NCBI GenBank assembly: GCA_000091205.1
Contig: AP006494.2
Origin: Cyanidioschyzon merolae
Taxonomy: Eukaryota
Direction: 5' to 3' (one strand)
DNA length: 64,000 nt
The position numbers and the translations under genes are program-made. This document shows positions 1 through 12,925 of the stretch, one piece after another. Each line of letters opens with the position of its first letter. Positions within the stretch are counted from its first letter, which is position 1. Below the pieces are notes generated by a model. The model was given only the letters and a program-made list of their open reading frames with translations. It was not told the DNA's origin and made no database searches.

Positions 1-600
1 ACGAAAGCCTTTGGAAAGAATGCACAAAGTTCAGGTGGGCTCGTTTGCGTATGAACCTGTACTGTTGGAAGCAGCGAGCATACGCCGGCTTTTTCAATCA
101 GTTGAGCGCCCTCAAGGAGGACGGGAGCCAAAGGCTCGTAGTAGCATACGGGGCAGGTCGATGGATGACCCACAAAGGGTGTATACCAGCTCCAACGACA
201 AGAACGTACAAGGAGTGCGCACACCGTTATGTAAAAATACCTTTAGATGAGTTTCGAACATCTTCTACACACCACGAGCTGTGTTGTACACTTCAGAGGG
301 TCGCGATGGAGAAAAGCCAGCGGCTCGCTGACGGAAATGCAAATGGCAAGGAGGGCGAACCTTCGAGGACTACTCGCTTTGGTTAGTAAAACTAATGATG
401 GCAAGAAACGAATAGAGTTCGTGAATTGAGATTTTAACGCCGCCATCAGTGTAAGGAGGTGTGCAGTACTGGAAAGAAGACCCTCGGAGTTGGCGAGAGC
501 CAACTTTGCGGGGCAACCTCCCAAAATGGAGTTATACGAGATGAAGTTGAAACCAGTAGCAGGTGGCCAGTTGCGGAACGCCGGCACAGGCGTCTGCACA
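1..600 (+). mobile_element. Fanzor/TnpB-like element, copy 1. It is 5'-truncated by the window edge and decayed. It keeps the RuvC-II/zinc-finger segment, then a stop and frameshift before RuvC-III.
   Basis: ORF 45..386 contains ...SQRLVVAYGAGRW...TYKECAHRYVKIPLDEFRTSSTHHELCC. The [IV]DE[FY]xTS..CC block matches the TnpB/Fanzor motif upstream of the zinc ribbon. A downstream shifted frame reads EFVN*DFNAAISVRRC, which is the RuvC-III D-x-N-A-A-x-N-I motif. Nucleotide homology to copies at 13790-14165, 37950-38670 and 48600-48875 is clear. Confidence 0.55.
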
Positions 601-951
601 TCGATGGGTAGACAATCGGTCTACGGCAGACGGTGTGCCAAGTGCCACCATTGTACACTGGCTTTCCAGCGTTTCTCTTTTGCAAGGCGTTTGGTGGTGT
701 TTCCAGAGACGAATTGTTTACCAAAAACGTCTTCTATCGATCTTCGAAACCAACGTGCTGCTTCCTCTGTGCGGCACGGGGCGTACGCTATGCGCTTTTC
801 TGCTGATTGACAGCGGAAGCGACGAGTCCGGTTACTGCCTTGAAGACTTAGACGCTTTAGAGAGACCATCATATCGATGGTTTCAGTTTTCTGACCTCCT
901 CCTAACCACCACGCTCGGATCTCTGTTGCAACGGCACGCGCAGCAGCTCTC

Positions 952-1894
952 ATGGCAGCCAAAGCTGAACCCGGGCATCGAGAGAGTGGAAAGCTGCATC
1001 AAAGGTGGCGCAAAGCCAAGGGAGCCGGTCATCTGAGCAAGCTTGCATCACCTGCAGAGCTGCGAGCACTCGTCCAAGCGAAACTGACACCCGAGGAGCA
1101 AGTGCGTTTTGGGATGCAGTGTGCAGGGCTGGCAGCCAAGGCACTTGAGGTACTCGACAAGTCGCTTACATCTTTAGAGCAAGACATAGAGAACGAGTCG
1201 TGTGACTGGGAAATAAGATCGGACGCTGCTGTGGACCGTGTTGCGAGACGATTCCTTGCCGATCTCGAACAGCTAAAGCAAACTGGCAGCACGCGTCGAC
1301 TCACCCAACTCAGTATTTGGCGTCGCATCAGTCGCTATGTCTTACTGGCGGAAATGCGAGCATGAACTGCAGGCTGAAGGCAGTCCTTTTGTGAGGCAAG
1401 TCGCGAAGATCGCGGACCAGGCATCCAAGACTCCGGGATACCGCCAGGTCGTTGCCTGGGAGCATCTGGAAGAGCTTGCAGACGCGGCGACTGCAGATGG
1501 TGTATTCGGTTCGCAGTCGCGGTCGATGTCACGTATCTTGCGTCGCCCAGAAAGTCGGTTTGGACTCTTGCTCACGAAACTAGAGCTTGGTGAGGAGCTC
1601 TGCACACCCGAGGAGCGGCGTTTGATGCTAGCATTGGATACCTCTGATGCGAGACTTGAACCCGAACGCATGCGCTCGAGGAAGAGGGCACCTGGTGGAG
1701 CGCAGGATGGCGCCTCTGCAAAGCGCGACCACGGGAGGTCTGCATCCGTTTCGTCGTCGTCGTCGTCGTTAGATCCAGAGCACGGGGACGACGTGCACCC
1801 AGCGGCCAAGAACGCGTCGTCCGTGAGGAAGAAAAGACGACATCATCGGCGACGATCATCCAACAAAAACGAAACCGGGGAGAATCCTCAGTGA
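952..1894 (+). CDS. Hypothetical protein. It appears as two overlapping ORFs (952..1365 frame 1 and 1337..1894 frame 2), so either one gene with a frameshift or non-coding GC-rich ORFs.
   Basis: Both pieces have a charged, Leu/Glu-rich protein-like composition and the second ends in a basic KKRRHHRRR tail. No family was recognised. Confidence 0.2.
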
Positions 1895-2888
1895 GCCAGC
1901 ATTTGAGCGAGAGTGCCGCCGAATCATCGCCGTGCCCTGGCCCAGTGGATATCGCATGATGCCTCGTTTACAGCGGTTCACCCATGATCCTGGGTGGTGA
2001 TTATCGCCGCCGGAATACCTCAGGACTAGATCGCGGATCGTTGGAAGCTACGCTCGCGTCCATCGCGTGTACCATGTGCTGCAAAAGTGGTGCTTGTCTG
2101 CAGCTCCACAAAGAGCACATGATCGCGTGCTGTGCTGCGAGCACCACGGCGCCGGCCTCTGTCGGCAAACGCGCTCAAAGGCGTACTCGCGACAAGCATG
2201 AATTCAGCAGGAATATTGGCGCTGGTTGAGGCACTACGACTGACTATCGAGAGACCAGTCTCAGCAACCGCAGCACTCGCCGATCACTGGGGCGCAGCTT
2301 AAACTCCAGCATCGATGCGGCCGCGTCAGAGCCAGACCTGCAGACTAGTGGACAGAGCGCAGCATGCCTCATTCTGGATCTCGCAGAAGTACCCGCCAGA
2401 GACGCTTTTCAGGGTAGCCAGTGGCGGATCGCGTCTATTTCGCTACCGGGAATTCGGACGGATTCCGCGTCCAGTCGACCGGGGACGGTTCACGCTCTCC
2501 ACTCGGACGTCAACGCGTTTCACTTTGGTGATGAAGGTGCTGCATCCATCCACCGACCAGTCTGCATGACGATTCGAAGAACATCGGGCGGAACCTTTGA
2601 TGCATACCTCTGGAGCATGATTCGCAGAGGTGTACTTTTTTGCAGGTCGTCGAGGTAGAGCGTGTGGCGAGAGCCACATATTTGAGCGACCTCGCACCGG
2701 GCGTGATCCAAGACACCATTCGGCTGATGCTCAAGCGTGCCTCGCGTACCCGACATGTCGCTGCTCACCTTCGTGATGCTGGTGTGCTTCTATGGGTAGC
2801 GCACTTGCGCCCGTTTGCGAAGCGTAGCGGACCTTGAGGACAAATGGCACGCTCCAGCAGCCATGCGCTTGCATAGGTCATGCATTCA

Positions 2889-3362
2889 TCATGTGCTGCT
2901 TTCCAAAGCAGCACCCAGGGCGTGGTCATCAAACACGTCGTGGAAATCCCAGAACTGCACATTCCAGCGGGGTTGGTAGCGCCGACACCAGCGCTCAAAC
3001 CCCTGGATATATGCGGGTCGCAGGTGCGCATCCAAAGCGTTCCGGAACGCCACCATGGACTCCTCGATGATCGAGGGATCCATGAGAATGCTCCCCGACA
3101 ACGGATCCAGCATCACCTTGACCGGAACATGCTCATAACCCCAGAAAGGCAGTTTCGTCCCGATATCGCCGACCGCTGCCCATCGGAATGAAAACGGCAC
3201 ATGTCGCTGGAACGCTGCGGCGAAAGCGCGATTCCCGACTCGAGGCGACCCAAAAGTCACACACATCACCAGATCCGATGACAGACGCAACGACTGTGAA
3301 TTCTCAAAACACGTCATATCGAGGGCAGCGATGCTTGCCAGAGCCCCGCCGAGAGAGTGACC
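2889..3362 (-). pseudogene. Class 3 (fungal-type) lipase, C-terminal fragment with an in-frame TGA. It is probably a pseudogene or truncated.
   Basis: Minus-strand translation reads ...NHKPVIF-TGA-GHSLGGALASIAALDMT...VTFGSPRVGNRAFA... (GHSLGG nucleophile elbow and downstream lipase_3 signature). The in-frame TGA sits exactly where a Thr/Ser is expected (VIFTGHSLGG). The upstream part is only about 35 aa long (RRGT...) and runs into the start of the opposite-strand ORF at 3509. Confidence 0.5.
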
Positions 3363-3442
3363 TCAAAAGATCACCGGTTTGTGGTTGCAAGATGCACTAT
3401 CCAAGGAGTTCATCGCACTACACGGTTGCGCTTCGCTCGCAT

Positions 3443-3469
3443 CTGCTGCTGCTGCTGCTGCTGCTGCTG
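3443..3469. repeat. (CTG)9 microsatellite. It encodes the poly-Ala run in the lipase-fragment frame.
   Basis: Nine perfect CTG units are read directly. Confidence 0.9.
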
Positions 3470-3508
3470 TTACAAAGGCCCACCTAGTTCCTCGTCGGTC
3501 CCACTGTC

Positions 3509-6457
3509 ATGAACTCTGAACTGGATCAACGGGACACCGCCTTCTCCAGAGACGAATTCTCTTTACTTTTGGCGGAACCCGCGCTGAAGAGCCTAGAGCA
3601 GCGCTGCACCGACTCTGAGCTGCGAGAGTGGCTCTCGCTTCTTGTCGCACACTACCGAACTACTGAGTACCCCGAGCCAAGGTTTCTCGATGATACGCTG
3701 GAAACGCTACGACGATGTATAGCAAATGCCGTTGAAGAGAATAGAGAGGCGCAACTGCCAGAGGGTGATATTTACGATAGCGCTGGGGAAACGGCTGGGC
3801 CGCTCGCTCTAGAGTTGCTGCTATCAAGCCTCGATCTCATTGCCAAGTCGGTTCTGAAAAATGCAGCTCTCGAAATGCCAAGAGACCACGGAACAAGCGA
3901 GGCGTCGGATCGATCAGCCGCGTCAAAAGCTGCTGGAAAACACGCTAGTGCCGTTCGTTCAACGGCATCCACTGCGCTGAGGCTCTTGAGCGGCCTCTTC
4001 TCTGCAGACGATTCCCGCGTGGGGCCTGCCACCAGTGACGCGCCCAGCGAAAGCGCGTTGCATGTCCTTCTACACAAGTTGCCGTGCTTGTTACAGCTCG
4101 TTGCCGACGGCTACCGTGCAAATCCCGCGCTCTACCGCCGCTGCAAGTCCTTTGTGAATAGTTTTCTAGCGGAACACCTCACCGCGTATAGTTGTGCTTT
4201 ATGTATCGCTAGTGCGGATATTTCGGAAGGAAATGTTCTTCCAACGTCAGCTTCGCTCGGTTTTCTCGAAAGCATCATCAAGCTGAGCACCGGATCCGAT
4301 ACTGTGCCTCCAGCTGTTCTCTGCGCTTGTATCAGTAAGCTGACGACTGCGATTGCGCTTGAGCAAGCGCAACAGGGACAAGCATCGTCCCGGAACGCTG
4401 GAGCGAGCCAGTCAATACTTACGGATCCTTCGCTATCAACGTTGCCTCGTGCTGGACTAGCGCTATCTGAGGTGGCGAGCGGGAAGGCATCGAACGCTCC
4501 CATGGCTAATTCGAAGGCGCTAGCAGCTGAGCACAGGCAAAGTGCGCTCCAGAGTCGCGAGCAGCGTCGTGTGCTCGCTGTGTTTCTCGCTGGCGTTAGC
4601 GCCGAAAATTTGAAACGCCTACAGAACCTCCATGGACATGCGCTCATCGTGCTGCAGTTGTGGATTGATCACATCAAGCCCAGTGACTTGGCCGCGGATG
4701 AAATGCTCTCAGCATTCTCCATGCTCATGGATGCTACGATTCGGTACTATCGAGAGCCAGTGTGCCCGCTGCTGCTTCTGCAAGCAGTGCAAAGTTTCGT
4801 GTATCGCTGTTCTTCAGAGAGGGCCAAGTATCCTCTAACTTTTCTTGATCGTATTCGCGCGGCAATTGAGACGGTCATCGGAATTGCCGGTGAGGACTGG
4901 CAACCGCTGGGCGCCCGCGATCCACAGCAGACGCAACATGAGCGCAGCGTGCGATTCGCGTTTTCCAGCCTCGGGTTGGAGTTCCTGACTGCGTATGCGA
5001 TTCCTCTCGTCGAGGCCGTCTTTCGCGAGGACAAGACAATGCGGAGGAAGCTCATCAGTGCAATAAGCGTAGTAGCATTGCGCATTCTCAAGGCTCCATC
5101 GCCGGAAGACCCCGAAAACACGCCGCCGGCAATCGTCAGGGAGCTGACGGCGGCATTGGACCCGAGGCTGCACAGCTTAGGTCGGGGACTTGACGCTATG
5201 GCCTACGACTGTGACATTCAAATTTATGCGGATGTAGCAGCGGGCTGGAGACCTTGTTTCGAGGGAGACCTGCAGGTCGCGTACAAAACCAGGGCCGCTC
5301 TGCTCATCTACAAACTTTTAGAACCGTCCATGTTGGATGATTTCGGAAATGAAGTCACTGAATCCAGTGAATCTGGTGGGCGCTCCCAATGGCGAGTGAA
5401 GGACTTGCAGGAGCGACTCGTTTCCGCGTTTGAAGACATCGCCTTTTTTCGCTTTAAGAATCGAATGATGCTGCTTCTGCTTGGTCAAAGCCTGGGGGCA
5501 ATTTTTCGACATAGTGACTCGCTCCAGATCGCTCTCATCGGTGAAAGCAGCACCCGCAACCAAAGCCAGTCGGTAACCACAGCGGCACTGTTCCAGGCGC
5601 GAGACGTATCCGCCGATGAAGCGCGCTCCCTGCGGCGCATCGCTTTCATGCTCTTTCATAGTCGCGTGGGTGAATTTACGTCCCAAAGCCGGTCTCTACT
5701 GCGCAGAATTGAATCCGACTGGCGCAAAAATGACGCGAAGGTGTCCGCGGCCTGTTTCCTGCTCCTTCGTGTCATGCTTCTGCGCTTTCCGCCCGAGCAT
5801 CTGCTTGGCTCGCGGGCGACACTCTTGTCAGAAACCTTACGCATATTACGTGGTGCAACGGGAGAACCCATTGCTGCTCTTGGCGCTATCAAATTCGTGG
5901 ATCAGCTCCTTTTGCTGAATATGCCCGAATTCAGCTATGTGCTACCCATGTTCTTGGCAATCGAACCTTATGCCGACGGATTCGCGCCCGAGCCTTTGCT
6001 TTCCAGGGGCATATTTGCGGAAAACGAGCCATTCAGGAAGCCTGCGCAGAGCATCGGCACGCTCTTGCCTCCGTACGCTGTTGGCCAGAGCGCGAAGCGT
6101 CAGGGAAAGCCGATTCTCGTCGAACTGGCCGCAGGCGTCGAGGACTTTGGTGATGCACTGCCCCCCGAGGCCGGTAGACCTATCCGAATAGATCCTCAGC
6201 GGTTTCTAAGATCGAGGCAAAATCACTTATCAGTCAGTGCAAAGGAGACTCCCCAGTCCTCGAGGAGTGTATCGCCCACTGAGGCGCTACGAGCTCTTCG
6301 TAGTTATGCGCTGCACCTGGAGTCTTCCAACGAGCAACGTCGTTGCGTCTATATCTTAGCCCTTTGCTATGTGCGTGCTACCAGGAACCAGAGAAGAGAA
6401 CTCGATTCTGATATGAATTCTACCGCTTTCCAGGTGCTCTTGGAGGGAATCGTCTAG
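3509..6457 (+). CDS. Hypothetical 982-aa protein, Leu/Ala-rich and probably helical-repeat. No family was recognised.
   Basis: An uninterrupted 2.9-kb ORF with an ATG start at 3509 is very unlikely by chance. Protein-like composition, no recognised motifs. Confidence 0.5.
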   Translation: [982 protein letters not shown]

Positions 6458-6592
6458 TGGAGTCGTTTGTTTTTTGGCATTACATGTGCAGTTGCACAAG
6501 TGACAACGCACATGTTACACCCGTGGCAGAATAAAGTGGAGCAGGTCGTTTCATCCAACACAAAGGAACAAGCTTGAGTTTGGAATTCCGTC

Positions 6593-7917
6593 CACGATCA
6601 TCAACTCCAGCCTATATGGGGTTTGTTCTGTAATTAGATTCTCCACCGTTCTCTTACGAGCGGATTGCAATACCTTGGACGTCTCTTGTCCTCTAAAATC
6701 GTTTACAGCAGTCAAAGGGTGATGACGGCAGCGCTCAAGTCCAGAGTTCACAGCATCCTGCAGTTTTTCACGTATTGCATGCATAGACGCAAGTCACAGT
6801 TCCCATGTCTTCTTCGTACACATCTGAGTGCGTCCTTCACACCAGTGACACTCGGCTGTGGTCAGCAGGCGATCGAATACGTGCTCGACAACGCCGCCCC
6901 CACGAGCTGTCCTGCAGCGCGTGAACGCTCGGGGCATCACTCGGTGGATGCCCTTGACGCATACTGAAAGCACCCAGCGAGGCGCTCGCTTCCGTTCCCG
7001 AGCCCCGTACCCTACACTGGGATCATCCGCTTCAGCTGAGCGATATCCTCAGCGAGTGTTGTATCGGCTGTGGGCGCAAGCGCACGCTGTTCCATTCGGC
7101 GGAGGAGTTATGGAATGCAATCTAGTCCGCCATGAAACGTGTACAGAAACGTACGTTCAAACCGGAGAACAAGCCGATAGACTCCGATCCGTCGACGCTT
7201 GTCTCGTACGTAGCGGTGGCGCATGCCCTACTGGTACCGAGTGCTGCGATGACCCCAGTCCGCTTCAGTCCACTTTTCCATGCGAGAACAGGAGAGACGA
7301 GCGCTTCTGGCAGCAGCACCAGCAGCACCATAGTGCCCTGAGAAGCATCACGCTGGTACTGAATGTCGATTCTTCACTGGTCATCACGAAAGGAGGATTT
7401 GTTTTCCGAAATGAATCGATCATTTGACGTGACAAGGCCAGTGGACGTTCAGCAAGCGCTCGTGAACAATGCGTCAGAGGACGACACGTCGGGGTTTCTC
7501 GCGTTGCGAGCCCCGCTGAACGACTCGCAGTGCGCACACGAGTTGCCTTGAGCCCCAAAAGATAAGATCGATCATGTAGAGACTTCGTGATTTGAACATA
7601 CTGCATGTCAGAAATGGAGAAGCGTCGAGATACGTGCGAATGAAGTATATCATGGTGTCACTGTATCGGTTGGTTGACGAACGCACGTACGAAAGCGTCG
7701 TGAAGCATCGTGATATCGGTGACGCCAGGAAATCCAGCAGCCGGGCGTCGAAGAGACCCCCGCGACCAGACCACCGATCATCCTAGAAGTACGAATGAAT
7801 CCGTGATCCCCCATTGCTGTACCTGGGCTCTCGATGCTGGGCATCTAGAAACGTTCGGAACTACGTCGCCAGGCATGCATGGAGCGTGCAGCTCAGCACT
7901 CCATTCTATACTGACAC
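6593..7917 (+). repeat. Dispersed repeat, copy A (1325 bp) of a 1.33-kb direct repeat family. Its partner is at 24877..26213.
   Basis: Near-identical sequence from cacgatcatcaactccagcc... to ...ccattctatactgacac. Embedded ORFs differ by about 1-2% at the amino-acid level. The internal CAG/CAC tract varies in length between copies. Confidence 0.85.
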
Positions 7918-9908
7918 ATCTGTAGCAGCGCTGCATGCTGTCCGTTGACGTGTACGTTTGCCCATCGCATGCACCACCACTACGGCTGCTACTTCAGTTA
8001 CCACCACCAACCCCAAAGTCTTGAATCGGAAACGCAGACAGGCGTCTTCACATCGGAGCAGCGCATATTGTAGTGGGACGCCCTCCGAATAGACGTTGTT
8101 TAGAGGCACGACGCCCTGTTCGTAGAAGCAAGGATGTATCCATTTGTCCACTTGTGATTCGTAGACTGGCACGAGTTGCAAGCTGCTGTCCTCCAGATAT
8201 CCGTACTGCCGCCGAGCGGTGTTCATCATTTCTACAAGTAGCCGCGCCTCGGTCTTAGAAGCATTGTCCAGTGGCAAGGTTGACTTTGCCTCGGAAACGA
8301 TGCAGGCTAGCAATCCCGGTTGCGTGCTGTTGTCTAGAGAACGTCACCTGGGTTCCTGGTTCCACCACGAATCTCGTGCTTTGGGACATACTGCTTTGGA
8401 GACCCTGGAACGTTATAGCATCCACGGAAGCACTGCAATCTTTTTCCGAGATATCTGTTTTGATCAGTGCCCTATCAGGGAGATGCTTGCCCGATGCATC
8501 CAACTTCGCTTAGGGACAAGCTGCTCCGAATTCCATGTACTGGAGCCGATCTTCCGAAAGACAGTATCCAGCTCGATGCATTCGTCGTGATCAGAGGAAA
8601 CTACTCCCCGCCGAACTGCAACAAGTGTGTACAAACACCTGCCCAGAGGCACGGTTGTGGAGCGTATCGGACCTCGGCACGAAAGCCGCGGAGAGCTCTA
8701 CAGCCGCACGGTGGTCTCTTGATCCGGCTTCCCACTCGTACAGAAGCACGGGTCTGTCTGAAACTTCTAGAACACAGCAGCACCTGCGGGGGAACTGTGG
8801 TCACGTCTCTGGTTACCGTTCGTATTCGTGGATTGTAGACACCACTGGTTTGACGCAGCGTTCCGTCAACAGGTACAGTAGCGCTAGTGCGGAAGCGTCA
8901 AGCGTACCGGACGTTGGTGCGCGGCACTGGCCTTTCGGGTCTGGACCTCTTTATGGGCAACTGTTTTGGAACAGAGCAGCGGACAAAGCACCGCGTGCAC
9001 CCAGAAAGCAGCTACCGGACGGAGTCCACGTCGTCAACCGTTCGACGAACGCCTCAGTCTGGCCGCGTCCTCGGTAGTGCAGCAGCGGGTGCAGACGCGC
9101 CAGCGCCCACCGAGCGACGAGAGGTGCTCGCGAAAGCCGCCGAATCGCGGACCCAGAAGTATCATAAGACAAGAGACAAGTCTGCGGGAGTTGAGCGGAA
9201 GCAGATGCGCGGACCTCGGGAACCATTGTCACCGGCCGAGCAGCGCCATCAAGAGGAGCTCGTTCGAGGTTGGCAGTCGTGAACGAGCTGGTGCCCCTCC
9301 ATAAGCTTTGCTCGCGCGTCGCCAGGCACCGACTCGACAAAACCAAGCCCCGGAACAAGTAAATGCGATCAAAGTGAGGTCAGGGCTTGTTGTCTCTGGA
9401 AGCAGCTTGCGGCCTTGCGCTAGACTCGACCGACCTGGAGCAGCGGACGTATCGCCCAGCGGGAGGAACCAGTGCACGTACTTCCACAACTTCCAAGGTC
9501 ACCAGCAAGGCATCCAAAGCAACGGACCATGGCATTGGATTGCGTCGCGTAGATGCTCGTACGGGCATCACCAAGCCGCCATTTCGGTGGACGATGTCCA
9601 CGATTCGCACCGCTTTCCGATGTGCATAGGATCTTGCCTCGAAGTCCGATGCGAACGCTGGTATAGCGCTGATGGAACACGAATGCAGCTTTCGAAGACG
9701 CCAGACCCATGCCTTGGTGATGAACGACACCATTCGTGTATCCGGACAAGTCTGGTTCAATCCACGGACGCTTGACCAGGAAACAAACATTGCATGGCGC
9801 TTGCATAGCTCCGACACGGTATGTGCAAACAGGTATGGTTTACGTCATCAGCCCTGGGTCGCATTCGCGGTACGCACACTCCGTTCCATCCACCTTCCAC
9901 GCCTTTTT

Positions 9909-12500
<2,592 letters not shown>

Positions 12501-12562
12501 TTACCGTTACAAGCGGTCGAGCGCTTCACAACGCGAATGCTGCCCGCACGCGATTCAGCAGG

Positions 12563-12600
12563 CGTGCGTGTGTGCGTGTGTGCGTGCGTGTGTGCGTGCG
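12563..12600. repeat. (GTGTGCGTGC)n-type microsatellite in the CDC48 5' flank.
   Basis: gcgtgcgtgtgtgcgtgtgtgcgtgcgtgtgtgcgtgcg is read directly. It lies about 75 bp upstream of the CDC48 ATG. Confidence 0.85.
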
Positions 12601-12925
12601 CTTTGTATGGATACATGCATGAAGCAGGTATGCTCCGGCAACTTTGCGTGCGGCTCGAGTCGGTACTCTGTACAACGAGTGCATCACATGAATACGGAGT
12701 CCTCGTACATCGACAGGAAAAGTATATGATCGCACGCGTAGGTATAAAAAGTATATCAGTGATCAGCGCAGCTTGTCTTGCAAAAATGCCGATCAGGCTC
12801 ATTCGGCATGTCTTTCATATCAATTCTGTGACACCCCTGGTGCGGTGCATCGCAGGGGACCGAACAGACGATGGAATGTAGCACAGAGATCGTAGGCAAG
12901 TCGTCTGCAGGATACGTATTCCGTA

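Noticed and set aside
247-460. RIP-like (C-to-T biased) mutation of Fanzor copy 1 relative to copy 2.
   Set aside because: A local patch (aaccgagacttcaac to aattgagattttaac) shows C-to-T changes. Over the full alignable region the substitutions are mixed, including transversions and indels, at about 25% divergence. There is no support for RIP. Ordinary decay explains it.
3363-3365. In-frame TGA in the lipase fragment as a recoded (Sec or Trp) codon.
   Set aside because: TGA terminates CDC48 immediately after its conserved C-terminal DDDLYS motif and also terminates SMC3. So it is a standard stop here. No SECIS-like context was examined or seen.
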